A stretch of 64,000 nucleotides of DNA from positions 19,150 to 83,149 of the forward strand of contig DULZ01000022.1 in assembly GCA_012840125.1 (NCBI GenBank), given 5' to 3'. Position 1 is the first letter of the stretch; each line of letters begins with the position of its first letter. The DNA comes from Clostridia bacterium (GTDB taxonomy: Bacteria > Bacillota > DULZ01). Both the position numbers and the translations under genes were made by a program. Under the pieces are notes generated by a model that searched no databases, was not told the DNA's origin, and was given only the letters and a program-made list of their open reading frames with translations. Below are positions 1 to 9,564 of the stretch, one piece after another.

Positions 1-949
1 TCATGCCAGCCCCCATGCCGTCAAAGGCAGCCTGGACATGATTGCCAAAGCGGTGCTGGAAGCAGGTATTAGGGCCTGCCTGTGTTATGAACTGTCCGAC
101 CGGGACGGGGAAAAAATTACCCAGGAAGGTATTGAGGAAAACGTGGACTTCCTGAAGAGAGTTGCCCAGAATAACGAAGGGGACATGCTGGCGGCTTCCT
201 TCGGGCTCCATGCTTCCCTGACCTTAAGCGATGAAACGTTACGAAAAGCCAAAGAGGCCGCCAGTGCCTTAGGGGCCGGTTTCCATGTCCATACCGCCGA
301 AGGACCTGAGGATGTGGAAGACAGCCTCAAAAAATCCGGCATGCGCGTGGTGGAAAGGCTCAACAGCTTTGGTATTCTCGGTCCCAAGACCTTGGCCATT
401 CACTGTGTCCATGTCAATGACCGGGAAATCGAAATCCTGGCAGAAACGGGCACCAACGTAGTCCACAACCCGGAATCCAACATGGGCAATGCAGTCGGGG
501 TTTCTCCCGTGACCAAGATGTTAAATGCCGGGGTCACCGTCGGGTTAGGCACCGACGGGTTTACCTCCGATATGTTTGAAAGCGTGAAAGTGGCTAATGT
601 GCTGCATAAACACGCTGCCCAAGATCCCAGCGCCTCCTGGGCGGAAGTGCCGCAGATGATCTTTGACAACAACCAGAAAATCGCGGCTAAGTTTTTCCAA
701 AAACCCTTGGGTAAACTGGTGCCGGGTGCTTATGCGGATATTATCGTGGTGGATTACTATCCCTGGACCCCGGTCCATTCCGGCAACTACTACGGCCACG
801 TGCTTTTCGGCATGTCCGGGCGGGCTGTGGAAACCACTATCGTTAACGGTAAAGTTTTGATGAAAGACCGGCAGCTGTTGTTTGTGGACGAGGCGGAAGT
901 AGCCGCCAAGGCCAGGGAACTGGCTGTGAAAGTTTGGGAAAGATTTTAA
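1..949 (+). CDS. amidohydrolase family protein, SsnA-like (5' end outside window)
   Basis: Open frame runs in from the window start with no start codon. Translation shows metal-dependent amidohydrolase motifs (HTAEG..., GLGTDG, HNPESNM). Lies next to a Mo-hydroxylase and ygeW/ygeY, as SsnA does in selenium-dependent Mo-hydroxylase clusters. Confidence 0.6.
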   Translation, partial: HASPHAVKGSLDMIAKAVLEAGIRACLCYELSDRDGEKITQEGIEENVDFLKRVAQNNEGDMLAASFGLHASLTLSDETLRKAKEAASALGAGFHVHTAEGPEDVEDSLKKSGMRVVERLNSFGILGPKTLAIHCVHVNDREIEILAETGTNVVHNPESNMGNAVGVSPVTKMLNAGVTVGLGTDGFTSDMFESVKVANVLHKHAAQDPSASWAEVPQMIFDNNQKIAAKFFQKPLGKLVPGAYADIIVVDYYPWTPVHSGNYYGHVLFGMSGRAVETTIVNGKVLMKDRQLLFVDEAEVAAKARELAVKVWERF

Positions 950-966
950 CAGTAGTTTTCTGGACG

Positions 967-1001
967 GGTGGAGTTTTGCCTAGCCGCGGCTCCACCTTTT
1001 C
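967..1001 (+). terminator. weak intrinsic terminator after the amidohydrolase gene
   Basis: GGTGGAG...CTCCACC hairpin followed by TTTT. Confidence 0.35.
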
Positions 1002-1047
1002 CTGACTTCAAACAACTTCCTGCAGGGCAGATGAGGAGGGGGTAAAC

Positions 1048-3609
1048 ATGTTACAGTTTGTGCTGAACGGTCGGCAAGTGACTGTCGACCCCGCCCAGGA
1101 AAGTTGGAACTTGCTGGAGTACCTGCGCCGGGAAGCCCGGTTAACTTCCGCAAAAAACGGTTGTTCGGAAGGAACCTGCGGCGCTTGTACGGTGCTCGTT
1201 GACGGTAAGGCCACCAGGGCCTGTACCGTGAAAATGTCCAAAATACAGGGTAAACAAGTCATTACCGTGGAAGGTTTGTCTGAGCGGGAAAAAGAGGTGT
1301 ATGCTTGGGCCTTTGGCGTGGCCGGCGCCGTCCAGTGCGGTTTTTGCACTCCCGGCATGGTGATGAGCGCCAAAGGGCTCTTGGACCAGAATCTTAACCC
1401 CACGGAAGACGAGGTCAAGAAAGCCATTCGCTTCAATATTTGCCGCTGCACCGGCTACCGCAAGATCATCGACGGCATTTTATTGGCTGCCAAAGCGCTG
1501 CGGGGGGAAATTACGCCGGAAGAGTACAAGGGCAGCGGTCGCCTGGGCGAGCGTTTTGTACGGCCCGATGCGGCGCCTAAAGTACTGGGTACGGCGGAAT
1601 ACGTGGATGATTTGTTCTTCCCGGGTATGCTCTATGCCAAGGTCTTGCGGGCTCCCAAGCCCCGGGTTTTGGTGAAAGCCATTGATGTGTCTGAAGCCAG
1701 AGCTTTGCCCGGGGTGACGGTGCTGACGGCGGAAGACATTCCAGGTGACAATTACCAGGGATATATTGTCCATGACTGGCCTACCCTGGTGCCGGTGGGA
1801 GAAGAAACCCGTTACGTGGGCGACGCCCTGGCCATCGTGGCGGCACCTACGCCGGAAGAAGCGGAAAGGGCCCGGGAACTCATTAAAGTGGACTATGAAG
1901 AGCTGGAACCGGTGACAGACCCGATCCGGGCCCTGGCTGAAGACGCCCCTAAAATTCACCCGAAAGGGAACTTGCTCACTACCACCACCGTTAAAAGAGG
2001 CAACGTGGAGGAAGCGCTGGCCCAGTGTGACCATGTGGTCACCAACACTTACCGGACTCCCTTTACGGAACATGCTTTCCTGGAACCGGAGAGTGCCCTG
2101 GCGGTACCGGAAGGGGAGCGGCTGACGGTTTATGTGGGTACCCAAAGCGTCCACCATGACCGGCACACCTTGGCAAAGGTGCTGGGCATGCCGGAAGAAA
2201 AGATCCGGGTGGTCAACAAGTTTGTGGGCGGGGGTTTTGGCGGCAAAGAAGACATGAGCGTGCAGCACCATGCGGCTCTGTTGGCCATGGCCACCGGGAA
2301 ACCGGTGAAACTCACCTTGACCAGGGAGGAAAGCCTGAAAGTCCATCCCAAGCGCCACCCCATGATCATGGAAGTGACCACCGGGTGCGACAAGGAAGGC
2401 AAAGTCCTTGCCATGAAAGCCAGGATCTACTTCGATACCGGTGCCTATGCTTCCCTGGGAGGACCGGTGCTGCAGCGGGCTTGCACCCACGCCACCGGGC
2501 CCTACTACATCCCCCATATCGATATTGTCGGGTACGGCGTCTACACCAACAACCCGCCGGCCGGGGCATTCCGCGGCTTTGGCGTGACCCAGTCGAACTT
2601 TGCATTAGAAAGTCAACTGGACATTCTAGCCGAAAAAGCCGGCATCAGTCCGTGGGAAATCCGGTACCGCAATGCCCTCCGCCCGGGGGACCGCATTGCA
2701 TCCAACCAGATTGCCGCAGAGGACACTAATATTGTGGATACCCTGCTGGCGGTGAAGGAGGAATTTGAAAAGCACCCCTATGCCGGCATCGCCTGCGCCA
2801 TGAAAAACGTGGGTCTCGGAGTCGGCAACCCGGATACCGGGCGCTCGGTACTGGTAGTGGAAAAAGGCCGGGTGAAAGCCTACACCGGTGCTGCCTGTAT
2901 CGGACAAGGTATCGGTACCGTGGTGCACCAGGTCATCTGCGAAACCACCGGTTTGGCCCCCGATTCGATCGAGGTGACCCTGGCCGATACGGATCTGACC
3001 CCGGATTCCGGTGCCACCACCGCTTCCCGGCAGAGCTTGTTTACCGGCGAGGCTGTCCGCAGGGCGGCGGCCCAACTGGCGGAAGACCTGAAGCATCATT
3101 CCCTCGAGGAGTTGGAAGGAAAGCGCTACGAAGGGGAATACCTGGGTGTTACCGACCCGCTGAATGCGCCGGTGGAGAACCCGGTTAACCACGTGTCCTA
3201 CGGCTTTGCCACGCAGGTCTGCATCCTCAATGAAGAAGGCAAGGTCCAGAAATTCATTGCCGCCCATGACGTCGGTAGGGTGGTTAATCCCATTGCCTTG
3301 GAAGGCCAGCTGGAAGGCGGCATTGTCATGGGGATGGGGTACGCCTTGACGGAGGATTTCCCCGTGGAAAACGGGGAACCGAAAGTCACCAAGTTCGGTC
3401 GCTTGGGACTGCTCCGGGCTACCGATATGCCTGAGTTTGAGATTAAGCTAATCGAGCCCAAGATCGGCAAACTGGCTTACAGCATTAAAGGGGTAGGGGA
3501 AATTGCGTCCATTCCCACCGCTTCCGCCATTGCCAATGCTTACTATCGCTTTGACGGGAAGCGGCGGTTTAGCTTACCCTTAGAAGATACCCCTTATCGT
3601 AAAAAATAG
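1048..3609 (+). CDS. single-chain molybdopterin hydroxylase (2Fe-2S ferredoxin domain fused to aldehyde-oxidase/xanthine-dehydrogenase MoCo domain), MOP-like
   Basis: N-terminal plant-type 2Fe-2S motifs (CSEGTCGACTV, CGFCTPG, CRCTGY), followed by a large a/b-hammerhead and MoCo-binding region. No FAD domain. Good RBS GAGGAGGGGG before the ATG. Confidence 0.8.
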   Translation: MLQFVLNGRQVTVDPAQESWNLLEYLRREARLTSAKNGCSEGTCGACTVLVDGKATRACTVKMSKIQGKQVITVEGLSEREKEVYAWAFGVAGAVQCGFCTPGMVMSAKGLLDQNLNPTEDEVKKAIRFNICRCTGYRKIIDGILLAAKALRGEITPEEYKGSGRLGERFVRPDAAPKVLGTAEYVDDLFFPGMLYAKVLRAPKPRVLVKAIDVSEARALPGVTVLTAEDIPGDNYQGYIVHDWPTLVPVGEETRYVGDALAIVAAPTPEEAERARELIKVDYEELEPVTDPIRALAEDAPKIHPKGNLLTTTTVKRGNVEEALAQCDHVVTNTYRTPFTEHAFLEPESALAVPEGERLTVYVGTQSVHHDRHTLAKVLGMPEEKIRVVNKFVGGGFGGKEDMSVQHHAALLAMATGKPVKLTLTREESLKVHPKRHPMIMEVTTGCDKEGKVLAMKARIYFDTGAYASLGGPVLQRACTHATGPYYIPHIDIVGYGVYTNNPPAGAFRGFGVTQSNFALESQLDILAEKAGISPWEIRYRNALRPGDRIASNQIAAEDTNIVDTLLAVKEEFEKHPYAGIACAMKNVGLGVGNPDTGRSVLVVEKGRVKAYTGAACIGQGIGTVVHQVICETTGLAPDSIEVTLADTDLTPDSGATTASRQSLFTGEAVRRAAAQLAEDLKHHSLEELEGKRYEGEYLGVTDPLNAPVENPVNHVSYGFATQVCILNEEGKVQKFIAAHDVGRVVNPIALEGQLEGGIVMGMGYALTEDFPVENGEPKVTKFGRLGLLRATDMPEFEIKLIEPKIGKLAYSIKGVGEIASIPTASAIANAYYRFDGKRRFSLPLEDTPYRKK

Positions 3610-3633
3610 CGTACGGTTCATGGTTGGTTTGAT

Positions 3634-3672
3634 GCCGGCAGGTGGTACTGCCTGCCGGCATCGCTGTTTGTT
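3634..3672 (+). terminator. intrinsic terminator
   Basis: GCCGGCAGG / CCTGCCGGC stem followed by a T-rich tail. Confidence 0.5.
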
Positions 3673-3913
3673 ATGGGATTTAATGCTATGCAATCTTCTC
3701 TATAATGCCAATATTCTCTTTATACTCTATTATTGCTTTATTCTGCTTTCGTTCCGGAACGAGGCGGGGGAAAATAAAAGGCGTAAAAGCTGGGCAAGCT
3801 ATTCACGCCGGTCCTTTTACGCCCGTAAAGGGGGTGGTACTATCGATTGGCGGAGCTGATTGACCAATGAAGCTGTTCTGTTTCGCTAGGCTTGAACTGC
3901 TAATCATGGGAGG

Positions 3914-5275
3914 ATGATGGAATTGTCTGCTGAAAAAGTTGCCGGTGTAGCAGAAGAAAGACGTATTCAGCCCCTGTATGATGTAGAAGATGTGCCCCCG
4001 CTTAAAGAGGCCGTACCTTTAGGGATCCAGCATGTCCTGGCGATGTTCGCCAGCAACGTGTCCGTGCCCATCACGGTAGCCGCTGCCATCGGCTTGTCAG
4101 TGGCTGACCGGGCATTCTTGGCCCAGTGTGCCATGCTCGTAGCCGGTATCGCCAGTTTTGTGCAGGCACGTCCCGTCGGCCCTATCGGTGCCAGGCTGCC
4201 GGTGGTGATGGGTACCAGTTCCGGTTTTTTACCTGTCTGTCTGTCCATCGCCCAGCAGTACGGCATGGCCGCTTTGATGGGGGCCGCTTTTGTCGGTGGT
4301 TGGCTGGAAGTGATTCTTGGGTTTTTCTTAAAAGGATTACGTCGTTTCTTTCCCCCGGTAGTGACAGGTACTGTGGTGCTCACCATTGGTTTGTCTCTCT
4401 TGCCCATTGGCGTGAAAAACGCCGCCGGCGGGATTGGCGCTGCAGACTTCGGGAGTTTTAGTAATCTATTATTAGCCGGAATCGTCTTTGTTATCGTGGT
4501 TGTTATCCATCAACTAGGGAAAGGCTTCCTCGGGGCTTCCGCCATATTAATCGGTACCATCGTTGGCTTCCTGGTAGCAATTCCCATGGGTAAAGTAGAT
4601 TTTACGCCGGTAGCGGAAGCCGGTTGGTTCTCTTTTCCCAATCCCCTGGCTTACGGTATGTCTTTTGAGTGGCCGGCCATTATGGCCATGCTGTTCATGT
4701 ACATTGTGACGACGGTGGAAACGGTGGGCGATATCTCCGGGATTACCATGGGAGGTGCCGGCCGGGAGGCTACGGATAAGGAATTGTCCGGCGGTATTAT
4801 CGCCGACGGCTTCTTCTCCAGCTTTGCTGCCATCTTTAACGCCCTGCCTAATACTTCTTTCAGCCAGAACGTCGGTCTCATTTCCTTCACCGGCATCATG
4901 AGCAATTATGTAGTGAAAGTAGGTGCCGTTTTCTTAATCCTCTGCGGCTTGTTTCCCAAGATCGGCGCTCTGGTGGCCTGCATTCCCATGCCCGTTTTCG
5001 GCGGCAGCCTCCTGATCATGTTCGCCTTTATTGCCACCTCCGGTATTACCCTCATTGTTTCCGGGGGGTTGACCAAGCGCAACCTGCTGATTGTCGCCGC
5101 ATCCTTGAGCTTGGGCTTTGGTTTATCCGGTGTACCGGAAGCCATGCAGTATTTCCCGGAAAGCGTGAAGCTCATCTTCTCCGGGGCCGGGATCGTGCCG
5201 GCTTGTATCGTAGCTTTAGTGCTGAACCTGGTGCTGCCGCAAGACGAACGGCAAAACGGCACGGCCCGGGCTTAA
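3914..5275 (+). CDS. nucleobase:cation symporter-2 (NCS2) family xanthine/uracil/urate permease
   Basis: About 12-TM hydrophobic profile with NCS2 signature regions. Sits in a purine-catabolic neighbourhood. Confidence 0.85.
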   Translation: MMELSAEKVAGVAEERRIQPLYDVEDVPPLKEAVPLGIQHVLAMFASNVSVPITVAAAIGLSVADRAFLAQCAMLVAGIASFVQARPVGPIGARLPVVMGTSSGFLPVCLSIAQQYGMAALMGAAFVGGWLEVILGFFLKGLRRFFPPVVTGTVVLTIGLSLLPIGVKNAAGGIGAADFGSFSNLLLAGIVFVIVVVIHQLGKGFLGASAILIGTIVGFLVAIPMGKVDFTPVAEAGWFSFPNPLAYGMSFEWPAIMAMLFMYIVTTVETVGDISGITMGGAGREATDKELSGGIIADGFFSSFAAIFNALPNTSFSQNVGLISFTGIMSNYVVKVGAVFLILCGLFPKIGALVACIPMPVFGGSLLIMFAFIATSGITLIVSGGLTKRNLLIVAASLSLGFGLSGVPEAMQYFPESVKLIFSGAGIVPACIVALVLNLVLPQDERQNGTARA

Positions 5276-5438
5276 AAAGCGCAAAAAGTTGAAAACGAAG
5301 GTCTCTAGGCTGCCCGCCTTGCGGAAGACTGGGGACCTTCCCCTTTAATCATTACCGGCTTTAGGGAGGGATGATACTCGTGTTGGTACATGGCCTGCCC
5401 CGTTGCTCGAAAAAATTTTTTGCGCTAAAGAAGGATTT

Positions 5439-5468
5439 TTGACACACAAGTGGAAATATAGATATAGT
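5439..5468 (+). promoter_or_regulatory. sigma-A-type promoter for the GntR gene (TTGACA-17-ATATAG)
   Basis: Perfect -35 TTGACA with a 17-nt spacer. A TTGT...ACAA inverted repeat (5468-5486) lies immediately downstream. Confidence 0.4.
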
Positions 5469-5539
5469 TGTCTGACATCTAAACAACACCCATTAACGCC
5501 CGCCGTTTGTAATTATCCATACTTGGGGGAAAAACAATC

Positions 5540-6268
5540 ATGTTTCATACCAGGGTACCTCTTTATATAGAGATTGCCAAAGAGCTAAAAAAGCGCATCA
5601 ATGATGGAGTTTATGCTCCGGGGCAGCAGCTCCCTTCCGAACCGGAGCTGGCCAACCAGTTTGGCGTGAGCCGCGGGACTTTGCGGGAAGCGTTGTCGGT
5701 GCTGGAAAAGGAAGGCGTCATCCGGAGAAGACATGGTATAGGTTCTTTTGTAGAGACACATTATAATAAAGTAATTGCTGGTATGGAAAAACTGGATCCC
5801 CTCATTGAGACCATTCGCCGTGCCGGGTACGAAGCGGAGGACCAGGTCCTTTCCATCCGCCAGACGGAGATCGATGCCAAGGCAGCGGAAGCCTTGGAAG
5901 TAGAGATGGGATCTGTGGGATATGTGATTGAAAGTGTTCGCCTGGCGGACAAAGTACCGGTAATTTACTGTTTTGACATCCTGCCCGGCTGGTTGGTACC
6001 TGATCCGGGGCTCTTGAACCAGCGCTACCGGTACGATTCCTTATCGGCCCTGTTAAAAGAAGTCTTTCGTTTGAAACCCCATCAATTTGTTTCCACCGTC
6101 AGTGCGGTGCTGCCGTTCCCCAAGACCCAGCGGATTCTAGGGATAGACAAGAAAACCCCGTTAATCCTGATTGAAGGCACATTGTATGACGAGGACGGGA
6201 GAGCCTTAAACTACGGCAAGCAGTTGTTCCGTTCCGACAAGTACCAGTTCCGCCTCGTCAGGAAATAA
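5540..6268 (+). CDS. GntR-family transcriptional regulator (HTH plus UTRA effector domain, HutC subfamily)
   Basis: N-terminal GntR wHTH (LPSEPELANQFGVSRGTLREAL) with a C-terminal UTRA-like domain. Confidence 0.8.
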   Translation: MFHTRVPLYIEIAKELKKRINDGVYAPGQQLPSEPELANQFGVSRGTLREALSVLEKEGVIRRRHGIGSFVETHYNKVIAGMEKLDPLIETIRRAGYEAEDQVLSIRQTEIDAKAAEALEVEMGSVGYVIESVRLADKVPVIYCFDILPGWLVPDPGLLNQRYRYDSLSALLKEVFRLKPHQFVSTVSAVLPFPKTQRILGIDKKTPLILIEGTLYDEDGRALNYGKQLFRSDKYQFRLVRK

Positions 6269-6402
6269 ACAGCAAGAAACTTGGCCTTACCTATCGTGAT
6301 CACCGTAAGGAGGTGAAGTAAATTCAGGGACCTTTGGAGGAGAGCATAGCGTTATAGGTTAGGCGAGTTCAACAAAATTTTGAGCAAGGAGTAGATAGGC
6401 AA

Positions 6403-7653
6403 ATGGATTTCAAACAGATTTTACAAAAAGCTGAAGCTTATAGAGGCGACATGTCCAAATTCCTGCGGGATCTCATCGCTATTCCCAGCGAAAGCTGCCA
6501 GGAAAAAGGTGTTATTCACCGCATTAAAGAAGAAATGGAAAAAGTCGGTTTTGACAAAGTGGAAATCGACCCCATGGGCAACGTCCTGGGCTACATCGGC
6601 AAAGGCAAGCACTTAATTGCTATGGACGCCCATATCGATAACGTCGGGGTTGGCGACCGCCGTTTATGGGAATTTGATCCCTACGAAGGCAAGGAAGACG
6701 ATGAATGCGTTTACGGCCGCGGCGCTTCCGACCAGTTGGGCGGCATGGCTTCCATGGTTTACGCCGGTAAAATAATTAAAGACTTAGGTTTGGAAGACGA
6801 CTACACCTTGTTGATAACCGGTACCGTCCAAGAGGAAGACTGCGACGGGCTCTGCTGGCAGTACATCATCGAAGAATCCAAAATCAGACCTGAATTCGTC
6901 GTGCTCACTGAACCCACCAGCTGCCGGATTTACCGGGGCCACAGGGGCAGAATGGAAATCAAGGTGACCACCTACGGTGTCAGCTGTCACGGCTCCGCAC
7001 CTGAAAGAGGCGACAACGCTATCTACAAGATGGCACCCATCCTCACCGAGCTGAGGGCACTGCACGAAAACTTGATGGACCATCCCTTCTTGGGCAAAGG
7101 TTCTTTGACCGTATCTGAAATCTTCTTTACTTCTCCCTCCCGCTGCGCAGTGGCGGACTCCTGCACCATTTCCATTGACCGCCGGCTGACCGCAGGGGAA
7201 ACCCACGAATACGCCCTGCAACAGATTAGGAACTTGCCTTCCGTGAAGGCAGCCAATGCGAAAGTGGAAATGTACACCTATGAACGCCCGTCCTGGACCG
7301 GTTTGGTTTACCCGACGGAATGTTATTTCCCCACCTGGTTGATTGAAGAAGATCATCCAGCCACCAAGTCCCTGGTTGATGCTTACAAAGGTCTCTTCAA
7401 CGATGCGCCTGAAGTAGACAAGTGGACCTTCTCCACCAACGGTGTTTCCATTATGGGTCGTTACGGCATCCCGTGCGTCGGCTTCGGTCCGGGGGCGGAA
7501 AAAGAAGCCCATGCTCCCAACGAGAAAACTTGGAAAGATCACCTGGTGAAAGCTGCCGCTATGTATGCCGCCATACCGAAGATTTACGTCCAAAAATATG
7601 CCCATGAAATGCCTGAGCAAACGGAAAACCTGGTCGCTGTGGATAAAAAATAA
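6403..7653 (+). CDS. ygeY: M20-family metallohydrolase, YgeY-like
   Basis: M20/DapE-ArgE-type motifs ([19 protein letters not shown]). Conserved synteny with ygeW and the Mo-hydroxylase. Confidence 0.7.
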   Translation: MDFKQILQKAEAYRGDMSKFLRDLIAIPSESCQEKGVIHRIKEEMEKVGFDKVEIDPMGNVLGYIGKGKHLIAMDAHIDNVGVGDRRLWEFDPYEGKEDDECVYGRGASDQLGGMASMVYAGKIIKDLGLEDDYTLLITGTVQEEDCDGLCWQYIIEESKIRPEFVVLTEPTSCRIYRGHRGRMEIKVTTYGVSCHGSAPERGDNAIYKMAPILTELRALHENLMDHPFLGKGSLTVSEIFFTSPSRCAVADSCTISIDRRLTAGETHEYALQQIRNLPSVKAANAKVEMYTYERPSWTGLVYPTECYFPTWLIEEDHPATKSLVDAYKGLFNDAPEVDKWTFSTNGVSIMGRYGIPCVGFGPGAEKEAHAPNEKTWKDHLVKAAAMYAAIPKIYVQKYAHEMPEQTENLVAVDKK

Positions 7654-7699
7654 AAATTAATCATAGAAGCTCATAAAAAACATGAGGAGGTACATTGAC

Positions 7700-8683
7700 A
7701 TGCAAACCATTTTTAGAGGCCGTCATTTTATCACTTTGAAGGACTTCACCAAAGAAGAAATCGATACCATGCTGGATGTGTCCTTCGACCTGAAGAAAAA
7801 ATTCGCTATGGGGGTTGACACTCCTTACCTGAAATACAAGACCATCTTCTTGATGTTCTTTGAACAGTCCACCCGGACGCGGAACTCCATGGAAGCCGGT
7901 ATTGCCCAACTGGGCGGCCATGCCAACTTCTTGGATACCAGCAACATGCAGATTGCCCACGGCGAATCCGCCAAGGACACCGCCGTCATCCTATCCCGTT
8001 TCGGCCACGGTATTGCCGTCCGGAACTGCTTCTGGGGCGAAGGTAACAAGTATATCACCGAAATGGCCAAGCACTCCACCGTGCCCATTATGAACCTGCA
8101 GTGCGACTTGTATCACCCGTTCCAAGCTTTGGCCGACTTGATGACCATGCAAGAAAAACTGGGCGACCTGCGCCGGAAGAAAGTATCCATCATCTGGGCT
8201 TACGCTACGAGCCATAAGAAACCCATTTCCGTACCCGTGTCCCAAGTGCTGCTGTTCCCCCGTTACGGCATGGACGTATGTTTGGCCTACCCGAAAGGCT
8301 GGGAGCTGCCTGACTGGGTCATCGAAGAAGCCAGGAAGTTTGCCGAAGAAAACGGCGGCAGCCTGACCATCACCCATGACGAAGAAGAAGCTTACCGGGA
8401 TGCTGACATCGTTATTCCGAAGAACTGGGGCAGCTGGGTCACCAACCAAAGCACTGCCGTAGTGGACGATGCTCTGGAAGCCAACCGGCACTGGAAGTGC
8501 ACCGAAGAGAAAATGAAACTGGCCAAACCCCACGTCATGTACATGCACGCCCTGCCTGCCGACCGGGGCAATGAAGTGGAAGACTCCGTCATCGACGGGC
8601 CGCACTCCATCGTCTATGATGAAGCGGAAAACCGGCTCCACACTGCCAAGGCAGTGATGACCCTCCTCATGAACGGCAAGTAA
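7700..8683 (+). CDS. ygeW: knotted carbamoyltransferase YgeW-like (putative oxamate carbamoyltransferase)
   Basis: Transcarbamylase carbamoyl-phosphate-binding motif STRTR and ATCase/OTCase fold. Second ATG chosen for GAGGAGG spacing; the track start is 7682. Confidence 0.7.
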   Translation: MQTIFRGRHFITLKDFTKEEIDTMLDVSFDLKKKFAMGVDTPYLKYKTIFLMFFEQSTRTRNSMEAGIAQLGGHANFLDTSNMQIAHGESAKDTAVILSRFGHGIAVRNCFWGEGNKYITEMAKHSTVPIMNLQCDLYHPFQALADLMTMQEKLGDLRRKKVSIIWAYATSHKKPISVPVSQVLLFPRYGMDVCLAYPKGWELPDWVIEEARKFAEENGGSLTITHDEEEAYRDADIVIPKNWGSWVTNQSTAVVDDALEANRHWKCTEEKMKLAKPHVMYMHALPADRGNEVEDSVIDGPHSIVYDEAENRLHTAKAVMTLLMNGK

Positions 8684-8694
8684 ATTGCAGTCTG

Positions 8695-8722
8695 AATCCC
8701 CGCAGCGATGCGGGGATTTTAA
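8695..8722 (+). terminator. intrinsic terminator after ygeW
   Basis: AATCCCCGCA gcga TGCGGGGATT followed by TT. Confidence 0.6.
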
Positions 8723-8841
8723 TTGTGCTTAAATATAGAAAAATTTATCACAGGATACTTTACAATAAAAAAGATTAATGCTAAAATGGCATTAGGGAAA
8801 GTACATAGGAGAACTTTCACAAATACAAAGCGGAGAATGAA

Positions 8842-9010
8842 GGATACGGGAGAGTTCCCGGCGATACACGCGCGGGCACCGAAGGAGCAAGCTTCAAACC
8901 GCCAATTTGAAGCGAAACTCTCAGGTCAAAGAACCGTATCCTAACTCACCTCTGGAAAGTCTTCCACGGACGCCGAAGGAGTAACACTCTCAGGCAAGCC
9001 AGACAGAGTG
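8842..9010 (+). ncRNA. tandem glycine riboswitch (two aptamers)
   Basis: Aptamer 1 spans 8842-8941: P1 GGATACGG / CCGTATCC, with GGGAGAG...CACCGAAGGAGCAA...CTCTCAGG..AAAG. Aptamer 2 spans about 8945-9010: CTCTGGAAAG...GCCGAAGGAGUAA...CUCUCAGGCAA...GACAGAG. A TTTACA-17-TAAAAT promoter lies at about 8767-8795. Confidence 0.75.
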
Positions 9011-9036
9011 CAGGCAGCAATGCCTGCCTATTTTTA
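9010..9036 (+). terminator. expression-platform terminator of the glycine riboswitch
   Basis: GCAGGCA gcaa TGCCTGC followed by TTTTT, directly abutting the aptamer-2 P1 3' strand. Confidence 0.6.
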
Positions 9037-9152
9037 TGCCAAGATTGCACTATTTTTCACATAAGCCAGAAATTTTTGCTGGCATAAATTATTGGTCCTT
9101 ACTAACACTAATCTTGACGCAAAATCCCTTGCTGCCCGGGAGGGAAAGCCCA

Positions 9153-9560
9153 TTGACACCGGTTTTAATCAGCAATAATCCCCTTGTTTGGGAAAGGTAT
9201 CCATCCGCCGTCAAAGTACAGGGCACGTTGAAGGACGTGCTCCTCCGGACCAGGGACGGGATCCATCGCGGCATGAAACTTCTCACCCATCCTCTTACCG
9301 GTAGTATTAAACCCAATCAATCGCCCTATAAATCCGTGCTCCTCATCCAGCAAAGGGGCAATACCGTAGACTTGTTTTCGCTGCAGCTCATTGAGGAGGC
9401 TTTAGCCACGGTGGCAAAATTTCGATCCTTGTCCTGCGATTTGCCTGCTGCCATTAAGCAAGACTATCAAGTGATTGATTTATCCTTTGTGGTATCCGCC
9501 TGGGATAGCCTCAGACCGTTAGGCATAACGGAACCAAATGACCAGCCAAAGGAGGCATGA
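9153..9560 (+). CDS. grdX: GrdX-like small protein of the glycine reductase operon
   Basis: Located immediately upstream of trxB, as in grd operons. Contains a LLTHPLTGSIKPNQSPY-type motif. TTG start with GGGAGG RBS proposed; the track ORF begins at 9036. Confidence 0.5.
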   Translation: MTPVLISNNPLVWERYPSAVKVQGTLKDVLLRTRDGIHRGMKLLTHPLTGSIKPNQSPYKSVLLIQQRGNTVDLFSLQLIEEALATVAKFRSLSCDLPAAIKQDYQVIDLSFVVSAWDSLRPLGITEPNDQPKEA

Positions 9561-9564
9561 TTAC

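Noticed and set aside
1480-2517. 345-aa minus-strand ORF inside the Mo-hydroxylase gene
   Set aside because: Antisense shadow ORF in a GC-rich gene. No RBS, no recognisable motifs, and the sense strand carries clear domain signatures.
3620-3859. 79-aa ORF between the Mo-hydroxylase and the permease
   Set aside because: Spans the xdh terminator and an AT-rich promoter region. No RBS. More likely a leader or regulatory region.
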